Shown: piece after piece, positions 38,650 to 49,962 of the stretch
How positions within the stretch are numbered: position 1 is the stretch's first letter
How the letters are laid out: the number at the start of each line of letters is the position of its first letter
DNA from: Tubiluchus corallicola
Taxonomy: Eukaryota > Animalia > Priapulida
Length of the DNA stretch: 64,000 nucleotides
Reading direction: 5' to 3'
Assembly (NCBI GenBank): GCA_030141605.1
Contig: JAQGDQ010002369.1
Location: 682,001-746,000 of the forward strand
The notes under the pieces: model-generated
Database searches by the model: none
What the model was told of the DNA's origin: nothing
What the model saw: the letters and a program-made list of their open reading frames with translations, nothing else
Made by a program: the position numbers and the translations under genes

Positions 38650-39724
38650 ATGAAAAATTGGATCTATTTATTGCTGGCTTCACTCCCCTTTTTGGCCGAG
38701 GGAGCAAACAACTATGCAAATATGCCACGCCCCCAAAAGCATCGGTCTTGTGATTTTGAGCCAACGGAAATCAATAGTCGCGGGGTTTTTCACGCCAATG
38801 GAGAGTTCCTTTATTGGAGAGTATTCAATGATGGCATATCTTATGCAGTATCGGCTCATCCTCCAACAATTTCACCCACTGCACCAATCAATGAAAAGAT
38901 CGAACACGTATCCTTTGATTATCATTCAGGTTTTCGTATTGGGGCTGGTTATACAACTCCTTATGATGAATGGGACATATCTGGATCTTGGGTGAGTTAT
39001 AGTTCTAGTGAAAATGCCTTTGCTTCGGCAGATGGAGTGAATTCTATGCTTTTTTCTCTTTGGTCCTTTTTATTGGACCGCGCAACAGGTTTTGATTTTA
39101 CGCAGCCAGTCAATGCGGGTGCTGAAATGCGCATAGATTTTGATGTAGTTGACATCTCGCTGGGCAGGTTTTTCTTTATCGGTTCTACTTTCGCTTTTAA
39201 ACCTTCCATGGGAGTAAAGCTCGCATGGATCAAACAAAGAGAAGATATTATCTATACAGGAGCGCTCGCTGGCATAAGTGCTTTTACTGAAGATACGGTA
39301 AACTATATTGAATAGAATGAGGGGAGCAGGACTCCGTCTCGGATCAGATTTACGGATGGTTTTGAAGTGGGGCTTTGAGTTTTATGGAAGTATCTTTTAT
39401 TCGCTTCTTTCTTCTAACATTCAAGTTAATGATGAAGAGTTTCTCAATATCCAAGGATTTGCTCCAGCCGATGATATTGCCAAAAACAAACTGCGCCTGA
39501 TGAATACAGCCATTGAGATGTCTGCCGGACTGAAATGGGGAACGTATATATATAAAAAAGCTTATCTGAGTATTCATGTTGGTTTTGAGCAGCAAAACTA
39601 TATGGACTTCAACCAACTGAGACTGCTCATTGTTGGTTTGACACCCCGTGGGATTTCCTCAAACGGTAATTCTGGTAGCTTTGGTATGCATGGCCTTGTA
39701 ACCGGTGCGAAGCTCTTCTTTTAA
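38650..39724 (+). CDS. MOMP-like / Lpg1974-family porin, frameshifted near 39310
   Basis: Signal peptide; GEFLYW, FDYHSGFRIGAGY..PYDEWD, VGFEQQNY, terminal KLFF, split over two overlapping ORFs. Confidence 0.8.
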
Positions 39725-39859
39725 GCTGCCATTGATGTGCATAACTATATCGCCTCTTGTTTTTCTTAACGAAAGACAAGAGGCTTTTTTTTGGTGAAAA
39801 AAGAAGAAAATCATTGACAGATCCTATCGTAGATGGGACATCAGAGCATAAGAGGGGCT

Positions 39860-41350
39860 ATGAAATATATTCTCGCATTGGACCAGGGAACGACGAGTTC
39901 GAGAGCTTTGATCATCGACAAAGAGGGAAATGTCGTTACTAAAGCTCAGAAAGAGATCATGCAACACTTTGTTGAATCGGGACATGTGGAGCATGACGCC
40001 GAAGAAATCTGGTCCTCTCAATTTAGTGTTGCCAGCGAAGTGTTCGCAAAGAGTTCCTGTGATGCAAGTGACATCGCAGCAATTGGGATCACCAATCAAA
40101 GGGAGACGACGATTCTTTGGGACCGAAAGACATCAAAGCCGATTTACCATGCCATTGTATGGCAGGACCGAAGAACCACTTCTTACTGTGAAAAGTTGAA
40201 GAAAGAGGAAAAAGAGGAGATCTTTCGCAAAAAGACAGGTCTGCCTCTCGATCCCTATTTTTCAGGGACCAAAGTGCGCTGGCTTTTGGAAAATGTCGAA
40301 GGGGCGATGGAAAAGGCTGAAAAGGGAGACCTTGCGTTTGGAACGGTCGATTCCTGGCTCATTTGGAAGCTGACCAAAGGAAAAGTTCATGTCACCGATG
40401 TGACGAATGCGTCGAGAACATTGATGTTCAATATTCATACCGAGAAATGGGACGAAGAGCTTCTAGAGATATTAGGAGTCCCTTCTTCCATTCTGCCCTA
40501 TGTTCGTTCCTGTAGTGAAATTTATGGGGAAACGGCTCCAGGAGTATTTCCTTCCTCGATTCCGATTGCTGGGATCGCAGGAGACCAGCACGCCTCTCTT
40601 TTTGGACAGGGAGTGTTTCATAGGGGAGGGGTAAAGTGCACTTATGGAACGGGTTGTTTCATGTTGATGAACACAGAAGAGATACCTGTCTTTTCCAAGA
40701 ACAATTTGCTGACGACCATCGCGTGGAAGATCGGAAATGAAACGAATTATGCATTGGAAGGAAGCGTCTTCGTTGCCGGAGCCATTGTAAAGTGGCTCAA
40801 AGACAAACTGAACCTTTTTGAGAAGTCGATCGAAATTGAAAAACTGGCGTCTAATGTTCCTGATACAGGAGGAGTCTACTTTATTCCTGCTTTATCAGGG
40901 CTAGGAGCCCCTTATTGGGACCCCTATACAAGAGCAACAATCTTTGGAATATCAGGGGGAACGACGAAGGAACATCTTTGCCGGGCTGCCTTAGAAGGAA
41001 TAGCTTTTGAAGCGACCGATGTACTCAATGCCATGGCATCTGATGCAGAGCTTCCGATTCAGGAACTTCGTGTCGATGGTGGCGTTGTTGTGAGTGATCT
41101 GCTGATGCAGTTCCAGGCTGATCTATTACGAACGGATGTTCTTCGTCCACAGATGAAAGAATTGACCGCTTTGGGTGCAGCCTTTTTAGCGGGACTGGCA
41201 GTGGGATTTTGGAAGAGTAAAGAAGAGATCGCTGCATCCTGGCACTTAGACCGAAAATTCACTCCTGTGATTGAAGAAGAAAAAGCAAAAGAAATGTACT
41301 CAAGATGGAAACGCGCTGTTGAATGCGCGCGGGTGTGGGAGGAGAAGTGA
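39860..41350 (+). CDS. glpK: glycerol kinase
   Basis: LDQGTTSSR, GITNQRETT, TDVTNASRT, GDQ, YALEGS, LRVDGG. Confidence 0.96.
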   Translation: MKYILALDQGTTSSRALIIDKEGNVVTKAQKEIMQHFVESGHVEHDAEEIWSSQFSVASEVFAKSSCDASDIAAIGITNQRETTILWDRKTSKPIYHAIVWQDRRTTSYCEKLKKEEKEEIFRKKTGLPLDPYFSGTKVRWLLENVEGAMEKAEKGDLAFGTVDSWLIWKLTKGKVHVTDVTNASRTLMFNIHTEKWDEELLEILGVPSSILPYVRSCSEIYGETAPGVFPSSIPIAGIAGDQHASLFGQGVFHRGGVKCTYGTGCFMLMNTEEIPVFSKNNLLTTIAWKIGNETNYALEGSVFVAGAIVKWLKDKLNLFEKSIEIEKLASNVPDTGGVYFIPALSGLGAPYWDPYTRATIFGISGGTTKEHLCRAALEGIAFEATDVLNAMASDAELPIQELRVDGGVVVSDLLMQFQADLLRTDVLRPQMKELTALGAAFLAGLAVGFWKSKEEIAASWHLDRKFTPVIEEEKAKEMYSRWKRAVECARVWEEK

Positions 41351-42903
41351 AGCGAAAAAGCATGCTCGATGAGTTGAAGTCTGATGATGTATGGGACGTC
41401 GTTATCATTGGAGGAGGAGCGACAGGTTTGGGAGCTGCAGTTGATGCCGCATCCAGAAACTTTAAAACCCTTTTGATCGAGCAGTCTGATTTTGCAAAAG
41501 CTACCTCTTCACGAAGTACGAAACTCATTCATGGCGGGCTTCGCTATCTAAAGCAGGGAAATATCCATCTCGTTACAGAAGCTTTAAAAGAAAGAGGGCT
41601 TCTATACAAGAACGCTCCTCATATTGCTGCTTCACTGCCTTTTATCGTTCCCAATTACCAATGGTGGGAAGCTCCTTTTTATGGTATCGGGCTGAAGATG
41701 TATGACGTTCTGGCAGGAAAACTGGGTATTGAGAAGTCTCATCATATCAGTAAGGAAGAGACCATAAAGCATATCCCTACGATCGAGACGAAAGGACTCA
41801 GAGGAGGTGTGATCTACTTTGATGGACAGTTCGATGATGCACGCCTTGCAATCACTTTAGCGCAAACTGCAGCTGATTTAGGGGCGACAGTTCTCAATTA
41901 CATGAAGTGCATTTCTCTTGTGAAAGAGAAGGAGAAGGTCAAAGGCATTGTCATGAAAGATGCCTTGAGTGGGGATGAATATACCGTCAAAGCGAGAATT
42001 GTCATCAATGCGACAAGCATATTCTCCGATGAAATCCGAAGGCTCGATGATCCGAAGGCTGAAAAGATGATGACGCCGAGCCAAGGGATCCATCTCGTTT
42101 TAGATCAGAGTTTTCTCCCTGGAGACTCAGCGATCATGCTTCCCCAGACTCCTGATGGCCGAGTCCTTTTTTTTGTTCCCTGGCATAATCGCGTATTGGT
42201 CGGGACAACCGATACGCCTGTAGACAAACCTGCTTTGGAACCAAAGGCATTAAAGGAAGAAATAGAGTTCCTGTTAAAACAAGCTTCGCAGTATCTGAGC
42301 AAACATCCCAAAAAAGAAGATATCCTCAGTGTATTTGCAGGGATACGTCCTTTAGTGAAAGCAAAAAAGAGCAAAGGAAGTACAGCGGCTCTTTCCCGCG
42401 ATCATGTGATCCAGGTCTCCGATTGCCAGCTCATCTCTATCATGGGCGGTAAATGGACAACCTATCGGAAAATGTCTGAAGATGTAATCGACCAGGCTGT
42501 CGAAGTAGGAAAACTGAAAAAAGAAAAAAGCAAAACGGCAGACCTTTCCCTTCATGGATACATGGAAGGAGTAAAAGAGGTCGATTCCTGGGACGTCTAT
42601 GGATCTGATGCAAAAATGATCAGCGATCTTACAGAGGAAAACAAACAATGGGGGAAACTTCTCCATCCCCGTCTCCCCTACTTTGACAATGAAGTGATTT
42701 GGGCTGTTCGAAAGGAAATGGCACAGAGTCTTGAAGATGTTCTTGCGCGAAGAACAAGAGCACTGTTACTTGATGCGAGAGCGAGCTTGGAGGTAGCCCC
42801 GAAAGTCGCTGCAATGATGGCCAAAGAACTCGACAAGGACGACAGCTGGGTTCAAGAACAGGTTCAGACCTACAGAAGTTTAGCTCATCACTACATTCTC
42901 TAA
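41347..42903 (+). CDS. glpD: FAD-dependent glycerol-3-phosphate dehydrogenase
   Basis: IGGGATG, TSSRSTKLIHGGLRYL, DGQFDDAR, GGKWTTYR, RRTR. Confidence 0.95.
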   Translation: MKRKSMLDELKSDDVWDVVIIGGGATGLGAAVDAASRNFKTLLIEQSDFAKATSSRSTKLIHGGLRYLKQGNIHLVTEALKERGLLYKNAPHIAASLPFIVPNYQWWEAPFYGIGLKMYDVLAGKLGIEKSHHISKEETIKHIPTIETKGLRGGVIYFDGQFDDARLAITLAQTAADLGATVLNYMKCISLVKEKEKVKGIVMKDALSGDEYTVKARIVINATSIFSDEIRRLDDPKAEKMMTPSQGIHLVLDQSFLPGDSAIMLPQTPDGRVLFFVPWHNRVLVGTTDTPVDKPALEPKALKEEIEFLLKQASQYLSKHPKKEDILSVFAGIRPLVKAKKSKGSTAALSRDHVIQVSDCQLISIMGGKWTTYRKMSEDVIDQAVEVGKLKKEKSKTADLSLHGYMEGVKEVDSWDVYGSDAKMISDLTEENKQWGKLLHPRLPYFDNEVIWAVRKEMAQSLEDVLARRTRALLLDARASLEVAPKVAAMMAKELDKDDSWVQEQVQTYRSLAHHYIL

Positions 42904-43003
42904 AAAACCCATTTTTTAGTATTTAAATGTTTACTTTTAATATATTGTCAATTATTTTCTTTCACCCCGTTTTGTAATAATTTATTTAAAAGGTAGGTTT
43001 GTT

Positions 43004-43495
43004 ATGAGTTCTAATTCGATTTTTTTGCCCCCTGGCTTAGGTACAAGTCTTCATTTGCGTTTGTGCAGGGAAATGCAAATTAATCCGGGTGAAGAAGATG
43101 AAATGCAAGAAGTTATTTTAAAAGGAGCTACAAGATTTTTAGTTACTCTGATCACTCTTCCTCTCTTTTCTACCATCGGAATCATTTATAATCTCTTAAA
43201 TGCTACAGGAAAAGCCGGCCTCGGGATAATAGGATTTCATTATAAAAGAGATATTTTTGAGTATAACTCTGAAAAATGTGCAAAAGAAGTAAGAGAGCAC
43301 TTGGGATTTGCAACAATAGACTTTGGATCCCGTGTTTTGTCTAAATACATTGCTATTTGTCATGCGATTGCACCTGACAAGAGAATCGATCTTCAAGAAA
43401 AGATTGAGGATTGGGTTATTAGTTGGGCAAGTGAAAAACCGAAAGTAGAAAATCCAAATAATCGTAAGTGCGTGATCATCACTCTAAATGAATAG
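43004..43495 (+). CDS. hypothetical protein with hydrophobic hairpin
   Basis: 163-aa ORF with RBS AGGTAGG. Confidence 0.6.
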   Translation: MSSNSIFLPPGLGTSLHLRLCREMQINPGEEDEMQEVILKGATRFLVTLITLPLFSTIGIIYNLLNATGKAGLGIIGFHYKRDIFEYNSEKCAKEVREHLGFATIDFGSRVLSKYIAICHAIAPDKRIDLQEKIEDWVISWASEKPKVENPNNRKCVIITLNE

Positions 43496-43697
43496 AAAAT
43501 TAACAAAAAAAAGCAGCGTCCAAATCGTCCCTATTTATGAGGTAGATTCAGTGGATTGTCCTTTTCAAGATATTCGAAATGATAGGGAAGTAGAGAGGAA
43601 GAAAAAGAAAGAATGGACGGAGAGTCCTCCGAAGAAAGACTTTGAAAAGTCAAGTCGGACTGAACCTCAGGGATTTGTATTTGGATGGATGAGATAA
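43488..43697 (+). CDS. small hypothetical protein
   Basis: 69-aa ORF overlapping the upstream stop codon. Confidence 0.4.
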   Translation: MNRKLTKKSSVQIVPIYEVDSVDCPFQDIRNDREVERKKKKEWTESPPKKDFEKSSRTEPQGFVFGWMR

Positions 43698-43852
43698 GAT
43701 TGAGATATTCTTTGGGATTCATAGAACCTCATATTTGAAGAAGAAGAGAAGTGTAACGCTTTCTGAAAATTTCTATCAATCTTATTACCATCTGTTTGAA
43801 AATTGAAGCAGTTTTTGTTATAAGATTTGTTTTTGAAAATTCCGAGGGAACC

Positions 43853-44287
43853 ATGATAAAATTTCCGATCAATTTCGAAGTTCAATCTTCCAGCGCAAGC
43901 GGCATTCAAACAACTTGGAGTGCTACTACAGATTCTTTGGAGCCCATCCCTTGTGCAATTCCTCCTGAATTTACCGGGCCTGGAGGAGGTTACTCTCCTG
44001 AGGATTTTTTCGCTCTTTCCGTTCTTACCTGTATGATTGCCACTTTTAAAGTTTATGCGGAAAGATCTCAGGTAGAATATGCAGAGATCAAAGGAAAGGC
44101 CAACTTAACGATCGACAAACACCCCTCTGAAAATACACTTTCTCTGACCCATATAGAAATTACATTAGATGTGACGGGAGCAAAAGATGTGGAGAAGGCA
44201 AAGAAAGTTCTCGATCAGTCCATTAAGGACTGCGCAGTCAGTAATTCGATCAAATCAGGAAAGACTTTCCACCTTAACGTTTCTTAG
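43853..44287 (+). CDS. OsmC/Ohr family protein
   Basis: PPEFTGPGGGYSPEDFFALSVLTC and second Cys in CAVSNS. Confidence 0.88.
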   Translation: MIKFPINFEVQSSSASGIQTTWSATTDSLEPIPCAIPPEFTGPGGGYSPEDFFALSVLTCMIATFKVYAERSQVEYAEIKGKANLTIDKHPSENTLSLTHIEITLDVTGAKDVEKAKKVLDQSIKDCAVSNSIKSGKTFHLNVS

Positions 44288-44332
44288 AGAGTGTATTCAA
44301 AAAGCGACGAAACATAATTCGAATACACACTC

Positions 44333-46273
44333 TTAAGGATTTGTGTTGAGGTGCTGCCACTCTTCGTCTTCTGTCGGAGGCTCATATCTACCTCCCATGT
44401 GTTCTGAAAGGAATTCTTCTGCAGCTGCAGAAAATTTCATTTGATTTTTTGCCCGTACAAAACCATGTCCTTCATCAGGAAAAACGAGATATTTCACAGG
44501 CAGGTTTTTATCTCTCATGGCCTTCACGATCTGATCGCTTTCTGACTTGTTCACACGTGCATCATTGGCCCCATGTGCAATAAGGAGAGGCCTCCGGATC
44601 AAATGGGCCTTAAATAGGGGAGAACGCTCTTTGAGGAGATCCTTTTCTTTCTCAAAGTGCCCGACCATCTTGTTCCAAACTACCCTATGGATATGCCAAT
44701 AGGGAGGAATGGTTTTAAATAGAGAGATCAAATTCGAGGGGCCTACTACTGAAATGCCACAGCAAAAATCTCTGGGGTTCGAAGTCATTCCGACAAGCGT
44801 TGCGTATCCGCCGAAACTTCTTCCAAAGATGGCTACTTTTTTGGGATTGGCGTAACCTGCTTCAACGGCCCATTTTTTACCATCCATGACATCGTAATGC
44901 ATCTTTCTGCCCCATTCTTTTTTAGAGGCATTGAGATAGGTCTTCCCATATCCCCAAGAACCACGGTAATTCACCTGCAAGACGGCATATCCCCGATTGG
45001 CCAGCCATTGCACTTTTGGATTGAACTCCCATTTGTCTCTCAACCAGGGTCCGCCATGGATCAACAGGACCATAGGATGGGGTTTTTTCTTTTTTGGAGG
45101 AAGCGTCAGGTATCCATGGATTTTCATCCCATCTCTTGCTGTAAATGTAATGGGTTTTGTTTTTGCAAGTGTATATTCATTCAATGCGTCTTTCTCAGAA
45201 AAGAGATGATTCAGTTTCTTTTTTTTCTTGTTGTACAGGTAGAAATCACGAGGTGCATCATCCCGGGTATAAGAAACAATCCAATACCTGTCTTTCAAAT
45301 CGCGGCTTTGGATCCTAAGGTCGCCTTTGTGGGCTTTTCGTAAGGTGTCATAGTCTTTTGCTAGAGAAGAGTCTATCACTTTCCAATTCAAGGCATGATC
45401 CAGATAAAAGGCTGCCTGGATTTCGTTTGTTTCTGGATGAGTGAGTATGGAACGAGCATCATATTCGGGGTGTGCGAAAAGGACTCTCTGGTGTTTTGTT
45501 CTTAAATCTACTTCAACCACTCTTTGCGTACTTGCTCCAACGGAGTTAATCATCCACAGAGAGTTGTTATCAGGACTGAATCCGAGAAGCTTCGCTTGCC
45601 AATCATCATCAGCTGTCCATTCCATCAGGTCTTTCCATTCTCCTGAATCATCCCGATAGATAACCTTTTCTCCCCCTGTCTCCAGGGCTAAGAGTGCAGC
45701 ACGGACATTCATATTATGATCTGCTACGAACTGCCTGGCATTGAAGTGGTTCTCGGCAACAAGAGTCAAATTGCCGTTGGAAAGATTCAAATGATAGGCA
45801 TCGTGATAACGGGGATCTCTTTTATTCAGAGTTATGATCATTTCATTCGGAAATCTCGAATCAGCTTTAAGAACATGGGCTTGTATATTTTCGAAAGGAG
45901 TCAGATCACGGCTTCTTTCCGACGCGAGATGAACTTGATAAAGATGCCAGTTTTCATCTCCATTTTGGTCTTGGAGATAGAGAATATGATCATTATCTTT
46001 CTGCCAAAGAAAATGATGGATTCCCCTCCCCTCGTCCTGTGTGACCAGTCGGGGCTTGTTTTTTCCCAGAGTGCGGACCCAGATATTCATGACTCCATGC
46101 CGGTTGGGAGCGAGAAAAGCCAGTTTGTTTCCGTCAGGAGAAATTTGAGGATTTGTCTTGTCGGGATTTCCAAAAAGAACTTTACGGGGAATCAATGGTG
46201 TTTCCGGTTCCGGATTTTTCGCAGATCCCATAGCCAAAAGAAAAGGCAAAATAAAGGAAAGAATTGCACTCAT
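44333..46273 (-). CDS. S9 family peptidase (dipeptidyl aminopeptidase/acylaminoacyl peptidase)
   Basis: HGGPW, NYRGS.GYG, GRSFGG nucleophile, HGANDARV, DEGHG; signal peptide. Confidence 0.93.
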   Translation of the reverse strand: MSAILSFILPFLLAMGSAKNPEPETPLIPRKVLFGNPDKTNPQISPDGNKLAFLAPNRHGVMNIWVRTLGKNKPRLVTQDEGRGIHHFLWQKDNDHILYLQDQNGDENWHLYQVHLASERSRDLTPFENIQAHVLKADSRFPNEMIITLNKRDPRYHDAYHLNLSNGNLTLVAENHFNARQFVADHNMNVRAALLALETGGEKVIYRDDSGEWKDLMEWTADDDWQAKLLGFSPDNNSLWMINSVGASTQRVVEVDLRTKHQRVLFAHPEYDARSILTHPETNEIQAAFYLDHALNWKVIDSSLAKDYDTLRKAHKGDLRIQSRDLKDRYWIVSYTRDDAPRDFYLYNKKKKKLNHLFSEKDALNEYTLAKTKPITFTARDGMKIHGYLTLPPKKKKPHPMVLLIHGGPWLRDKWEFNPKVQWLANRGYAVLQVNYRGSWGYGKTYLNASKKEWGRKMHYDVMDGKKWAVEAGYANPKKVAIFGRSFGGYATLVGMTSNPRDFCCGISVVGPSNLISLFKTIPPYWHIHRVVWNKMVGHFEKEKDLLKERSPLFKAHLIRRPLLIAHGANDARVNKSESDQIVKAMRDKNLPVKYLVFPDEGHGFVRAKNQMKFSAAAEEFLSEHMGGRYEPPTEDEEWQHLNTNP

Positions 46274-46384
46274 GAGTATCCTCCGTACCTCTTAGACAGG
46301 TTCTTTCTTTATTAAAATCAGATCCTTTGATTTTTTTCACTATATTCAGTACTCTCCCCCCTTCAAATAACTAAGAGGGTCTTT

Positions 46385-47119
46385 ATGAAAAAATGGTTTG
46401 TTATTTTTCTTCTTCCTTTCGCTTTAGCATTTGGAATGTCCAAAGCCACAACTCATGTAGATCCAGTTGCTTCAAAGCCTCTCGTTGTGATCCTTCTCGG
46501 CCCACCGGGAGCAGGTAAGGGAACCCACGCAGGTCCCCTTAGCAGCAAACTCCATCTTCCTCACATCTCCACAGGAGATCTTTTCAGAGAAAACCTTCGC
46601 AACCAGACAGGGCTTGGGAAAAAAGCCCAAGGGTACATGAAAGAAGGAAAACTCGTTCCAAATGAACTTGTACTCGATATGCTTTTCGACCGGATTGCTA
46701 GAGATGATTGTAAATATGGTTATATCCTCGATGGATTCCCTAGAACAGTCGCTCAAGCCGAAGCACTAGATAAAAGATTGAATGACAAAGTTAAAGAAAC
46801 AGCTATCCATTTCAGCGCTCCTGATTCTGTCCTCATCGATCGAATTTCAGGAAGAATTGTTTGCAAAAGCTGCTCTTTTGGTCACCATAAAACTTTCATG
46901 CCACCTAAACAGGAAGGCGTCTGCGATAAATGTGGTGGAGAGCTTATCCAGCGGGAAGATGATAAGGTAGAAGTGGTCAAAAAACGTTTAGTAATCTATC
47001 GCGAACAGACACAGCCTTTGATCGAATACTACTCCCACAAAGAAGGTGTTTTGAAAAATGTGGACAGTATGCAATCACCCCTAGAAGTTCAAAAAGAACT
47101 GGGATACATTTTTCAGTAA
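46385..47119 (+). CDS. adk: adenylate kinase with signal-like N-terminal extension
   Basis: GPPGAGKGT, HISTGDLFR, LDGFPRT, Zn-binding LID CKSC..CDKC, REDD. Confidence 0.95.
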   Translation: MKKWFVIFLLPFALAFGMSKATTHVDPVASKPLVVILLGPPGAGKGTHAGPLSSKLHLPHISTGDLFRENLRNQTGLGKKAQGYMKEGKLVPNELVLDMLFDRIARDDCKYGYILDGFPRTVAQAEALDKRLNDKVKETAIHFSAPDSVLIDRISGRIVCKSCSFGHHKTFMPPKQEGVCDKCGGELIQREDDKVEVVKKRLVIYREQTQPLIEYYSHKEGVLKNVDSMQSPLEVQKELGYIFQ

Positions 47120-47122
47120 ATA

Positions 47123-48142
47123 CTAATGCCTGTTCTGTGAATAAGGTAGAATCATATCAGATACGACAGGAAGATGGTCTGAGGCAAACTTTCCATCGAA
47201 GCAGTCGGACAGAACTCCGTGTGTGATCACCCTGGTCTCAGGGCCGACGAAGATATAGTCTGGTTTGATTCCAGGTTGGCCTGCTTCTTTGAACCCTGAC
47301 CAGGTACCGGTAGGACCATGATGAGGGAATTGAGCGGTTGATTGGGCATCGTAGAGCTTCGCCTCTTTTCCTTCGGTCAGCAGTTTGTAGGTAACTTCCC
47401 CTTCAAGTTCTGGAAAGAGATTGAAGTCTCCTGTGACGAGGAAGGGAGTATTTCCTGCGATTTCTTTGATTTTTTTCTGAAGAAGAATGGCGCTCTCATC
47501 ACGGGCTTTTCTGCCGTGGTAATCGAAATGGGTATTGAAGAAATAGAAGACTCGTTTGGATTTTTTGTCGCGAAGTTTGACCCAGGTTACGCCTCTGGGG
47601 AATTTAGCGTCCCAGCCTTTGCTGGGCTCATTAGGAGTATCGGAAAGATAAAAGGAGGAACAGTCGAGAAGTTCGAACCGGGATTTGCGGAACATAATCG
47701 GATCCACAGGACCCAGGTCCTTCCCGTCTTCCCAGCCTACTCCGAACCATTCATAATCGGGCAGTAGTTCGCCCAGTTCCTGCATTTGGCCACGGAACGG
47801 TTCTTGAAGGCCTACAAGATCAGCCTTATGGAATCGGATGGTGCTGGCCACGCTTTCTTTTCTTTGGCCCCATGAGTTTATCTTGTCTTCCACATCATCC
47901 CAACGGATGTTGAAAGACATAACCCGAAATGCATCATCCAAATCTTGGCTGTCTAGTTCGCTTCCCTCTTTCGAGGAAAGGGATTCTCTTAAATCTTTCA
48001 GCGAGGTTAAAAGTTGCGAGTACACCTCTTCAGCTCCTCTTTTTAAATCTTGGGTAACGACGGATGCCTTTTCTTTGACAGTTTGAGGACCGGCTGACCC
48101 ACTGAGGATCGCTAGTAAGGTGGTCCATTTTACGAAGGCCAT
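47123..48142 (-). CDS. EEP family hydrolase
   Basis: MSFNIR, GLQE, NTHFD, GDFN, DYIF, SDHLPV. Confidence 0.88.
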   Translation of the reverse strand: MAFVKWTTLLAILSGSAGPQTVKEKASVVTQDLKRGAEEVYSQLLTSLKDLRESLSSKEGSELDSQDLDDAFRVMSFNIRWDDVEDKINSWGQRKESVASTIRFHKADLVGLQEPFRGQMQELGELLPDYEWFGVGWEDGKDLGPVDPIMFRKSRFELLDCSSFYLSDTPNEPSKGWDAKFPRGVTWVKLRDKKSKRVFYFFNTHFDYHGRKARDESAILLQKKIKEIAGNTPFLVTGDFNLFPELEGEVTYKLLTEGKEAKLYDAQSTAQFPHHGPTGTWSGFKEAGQPGIKPDYIFVGPETRVITHGVLSDCFDGKFASDHLPVVSDMILPYSQNRH

Positions 48143-48291
48143 GGTTCTCTATCCGACGTTGAATCAAAAATTCAATAACGTCTATTATACTTCAATCGCC
48201 CTTTAAAGAGAACTATTCCACAATGTTCTGATCTTCAGTCTCATGAAGCACAACATTATGGGCGAAACTATATAACTGAAATTTTAATTTT

Positions 48292-48719
48292 ATGATAGAA
48301 AGAATCCGAATTTCTTTGCCTGAGACCTTCCCTTTCCAGACCGAAATCCCCATCCGGGTGACTGATCTGAACTATGGAAATCACCTTGGTAATGATTCGG
48401 TCCTCACCCTTGTCCATGAAGCCCGTGTACGCTTCCTAACCCATCATAAATGGAGCGAATTCGATATCGAAGATGTAGGGGGTTGGTTCTGTCCGATGCG
48501 GCTATCGTATATAAAACTCAGGGACGTTATGGACAGATCCTAACATTTGAAGTGGCAGTCGGCAACTTCTCTAAGACAGCCTGTGATTTCTTCTTCCGAA
48601 TCACTGATAAAGAAACAGGTAGAGAAGTGGCCAGAACTAAAACGGGAGCTGTTTTTTTCGATTACTCAACAAATCGCCCTGTTTCAGTTCCAAAAGCTTT
48701 TCTCAAGAAATTGATTTGA
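48292..48719 (+). CDS. hot-dog fold acyl-CoA thioesterase (4HBT-like), frameshifted in a G-run near 48480
   Basis: IRVTDLNYGNHLGND..EARVRF joins LVLSDAAIVYK...FFDY...RPV.VP. Confidence 0.85.
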
Positions 48720-48839
48720 ATTTTGGGTCGTTGAGTTGATAGAGCAAATATCCTGCAGCAATAGCAATGCTGCCCACAGCAAAGCCTCCCGCTATAATCG
48801 CGGGTAAGGTCCCAGAATTGCGACTTCTGGTACTGCCGT
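48703..48839 (-). pseudogene. internally deleted remnant of the BC-box/ankyrin-like/tail-anchor family
   Basis: GGAGG RBS, ACG-GCA-GTA-CCA-GAA (cf. ATG-GCA-ATA-CCA-GAA of neighbours) fused to the tail GTLPAIIAGGFAVGSIAIAAGYLLYQL. Confidence 0.6.
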
Positions 48840-48847
48840 TTTCCTCC

Positions 48848-49962
48848 TTATTCTGATTTACTTTGAGTTGCTAGGTATCGATAGAACAACGCCGCTGTAA
48901 CAGCACAAGCAGCTGCAGCAATGGGTAAGGTTCCGACTTTTTTGTGAACGATATCTCTAGCAATTCTTAACTCACATGCTTTTACAGCATTTATTAGCGC
49001 TCGATTCAAGAGAGCTATAGAATCTCATGGAATCGATCGCATTCAATGAAAGTTCGTACGATATCTGATTGTCCTCTTATAACTGCATTGACTATAGCTC
49101 TACCCAAGAGATTAGGATTAATCTCATGGAATCGATTGCATCTAACGAGAGCTCGTACGATATCTAATCGTTCTTCTCTAATTGCATATATTAGAGCCTT
49201 GCCCAAAGCCACAGGATCGATCTCATATCCACTCTCAATGAGAGTTTGTACGACTTCTGATTGTCCTCCCCTAGCTGCACCTATTAGAGCATTACCCAAA
49301 TCCCTAGCATAGATCTGATAAAATCGCCCGGATCCCATGATAGCTCGTACGACACCTAATTGCCCTTCTCTGCTTGCTTTTATAAATATGCGTCTTAAAG
49401 CCTCCCCATTACCGATGACACGTACTTCATGAGCCCGGTCATTTGTCCTAAACGCTTCTACGACATTACGATGTTCTCTTGCTTGAAACACCGCTAAACT
49501 TAAGTAATTGGTAGGTATATCCCGGTATGCTTCAGTTCTCATAAGAGCTTGCATGACTTCCAGTTGCCCTGCTCTTGCTGCTTTGATAAGCATAGTTCCT
49601 AAGAGATCTATTGGGTTTTTCACAAGATCTGGATTCTCAGATATCTTTAACAGTATTGTTCTGACGATATTGATCTTTCCTTGTGCTGCTGCTTCAGGTA
49701 ACCGTTGAATCAGATAGTCCATATCGAAGTCTGGATTGAGCATTAATATACGTAAGGCAGTAGCATTATCGTTTTTGATGACATAATCCAATATAGATCG
49801 AGTCTCATCAGGGTTTCTTAAATCTGCTGAACGAATTTTCGCTGCTATCTCAGCATAAGACTCAGGAGGAATAGCATCTGTTCTTGGAGGACTGGGCAAT
49901 GCCGCTAATGCCTGAGCTCTTAATGACGTTGGTTGATGATATATTTCTGGTATTGCTGCCAT
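48848..49962 (-). CDS. BC-box-like plus ankyrin-like repeat protein with C-terminal TM (frameshift near 49015)
   Basis: PTSLRAQALAAL; repeats LGxALIxAxxxGQxxVVRxL; out-of-frame tail GTLPIAAAACAVTAALFYRYLATQSKSE*. Confidence 0.75.
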
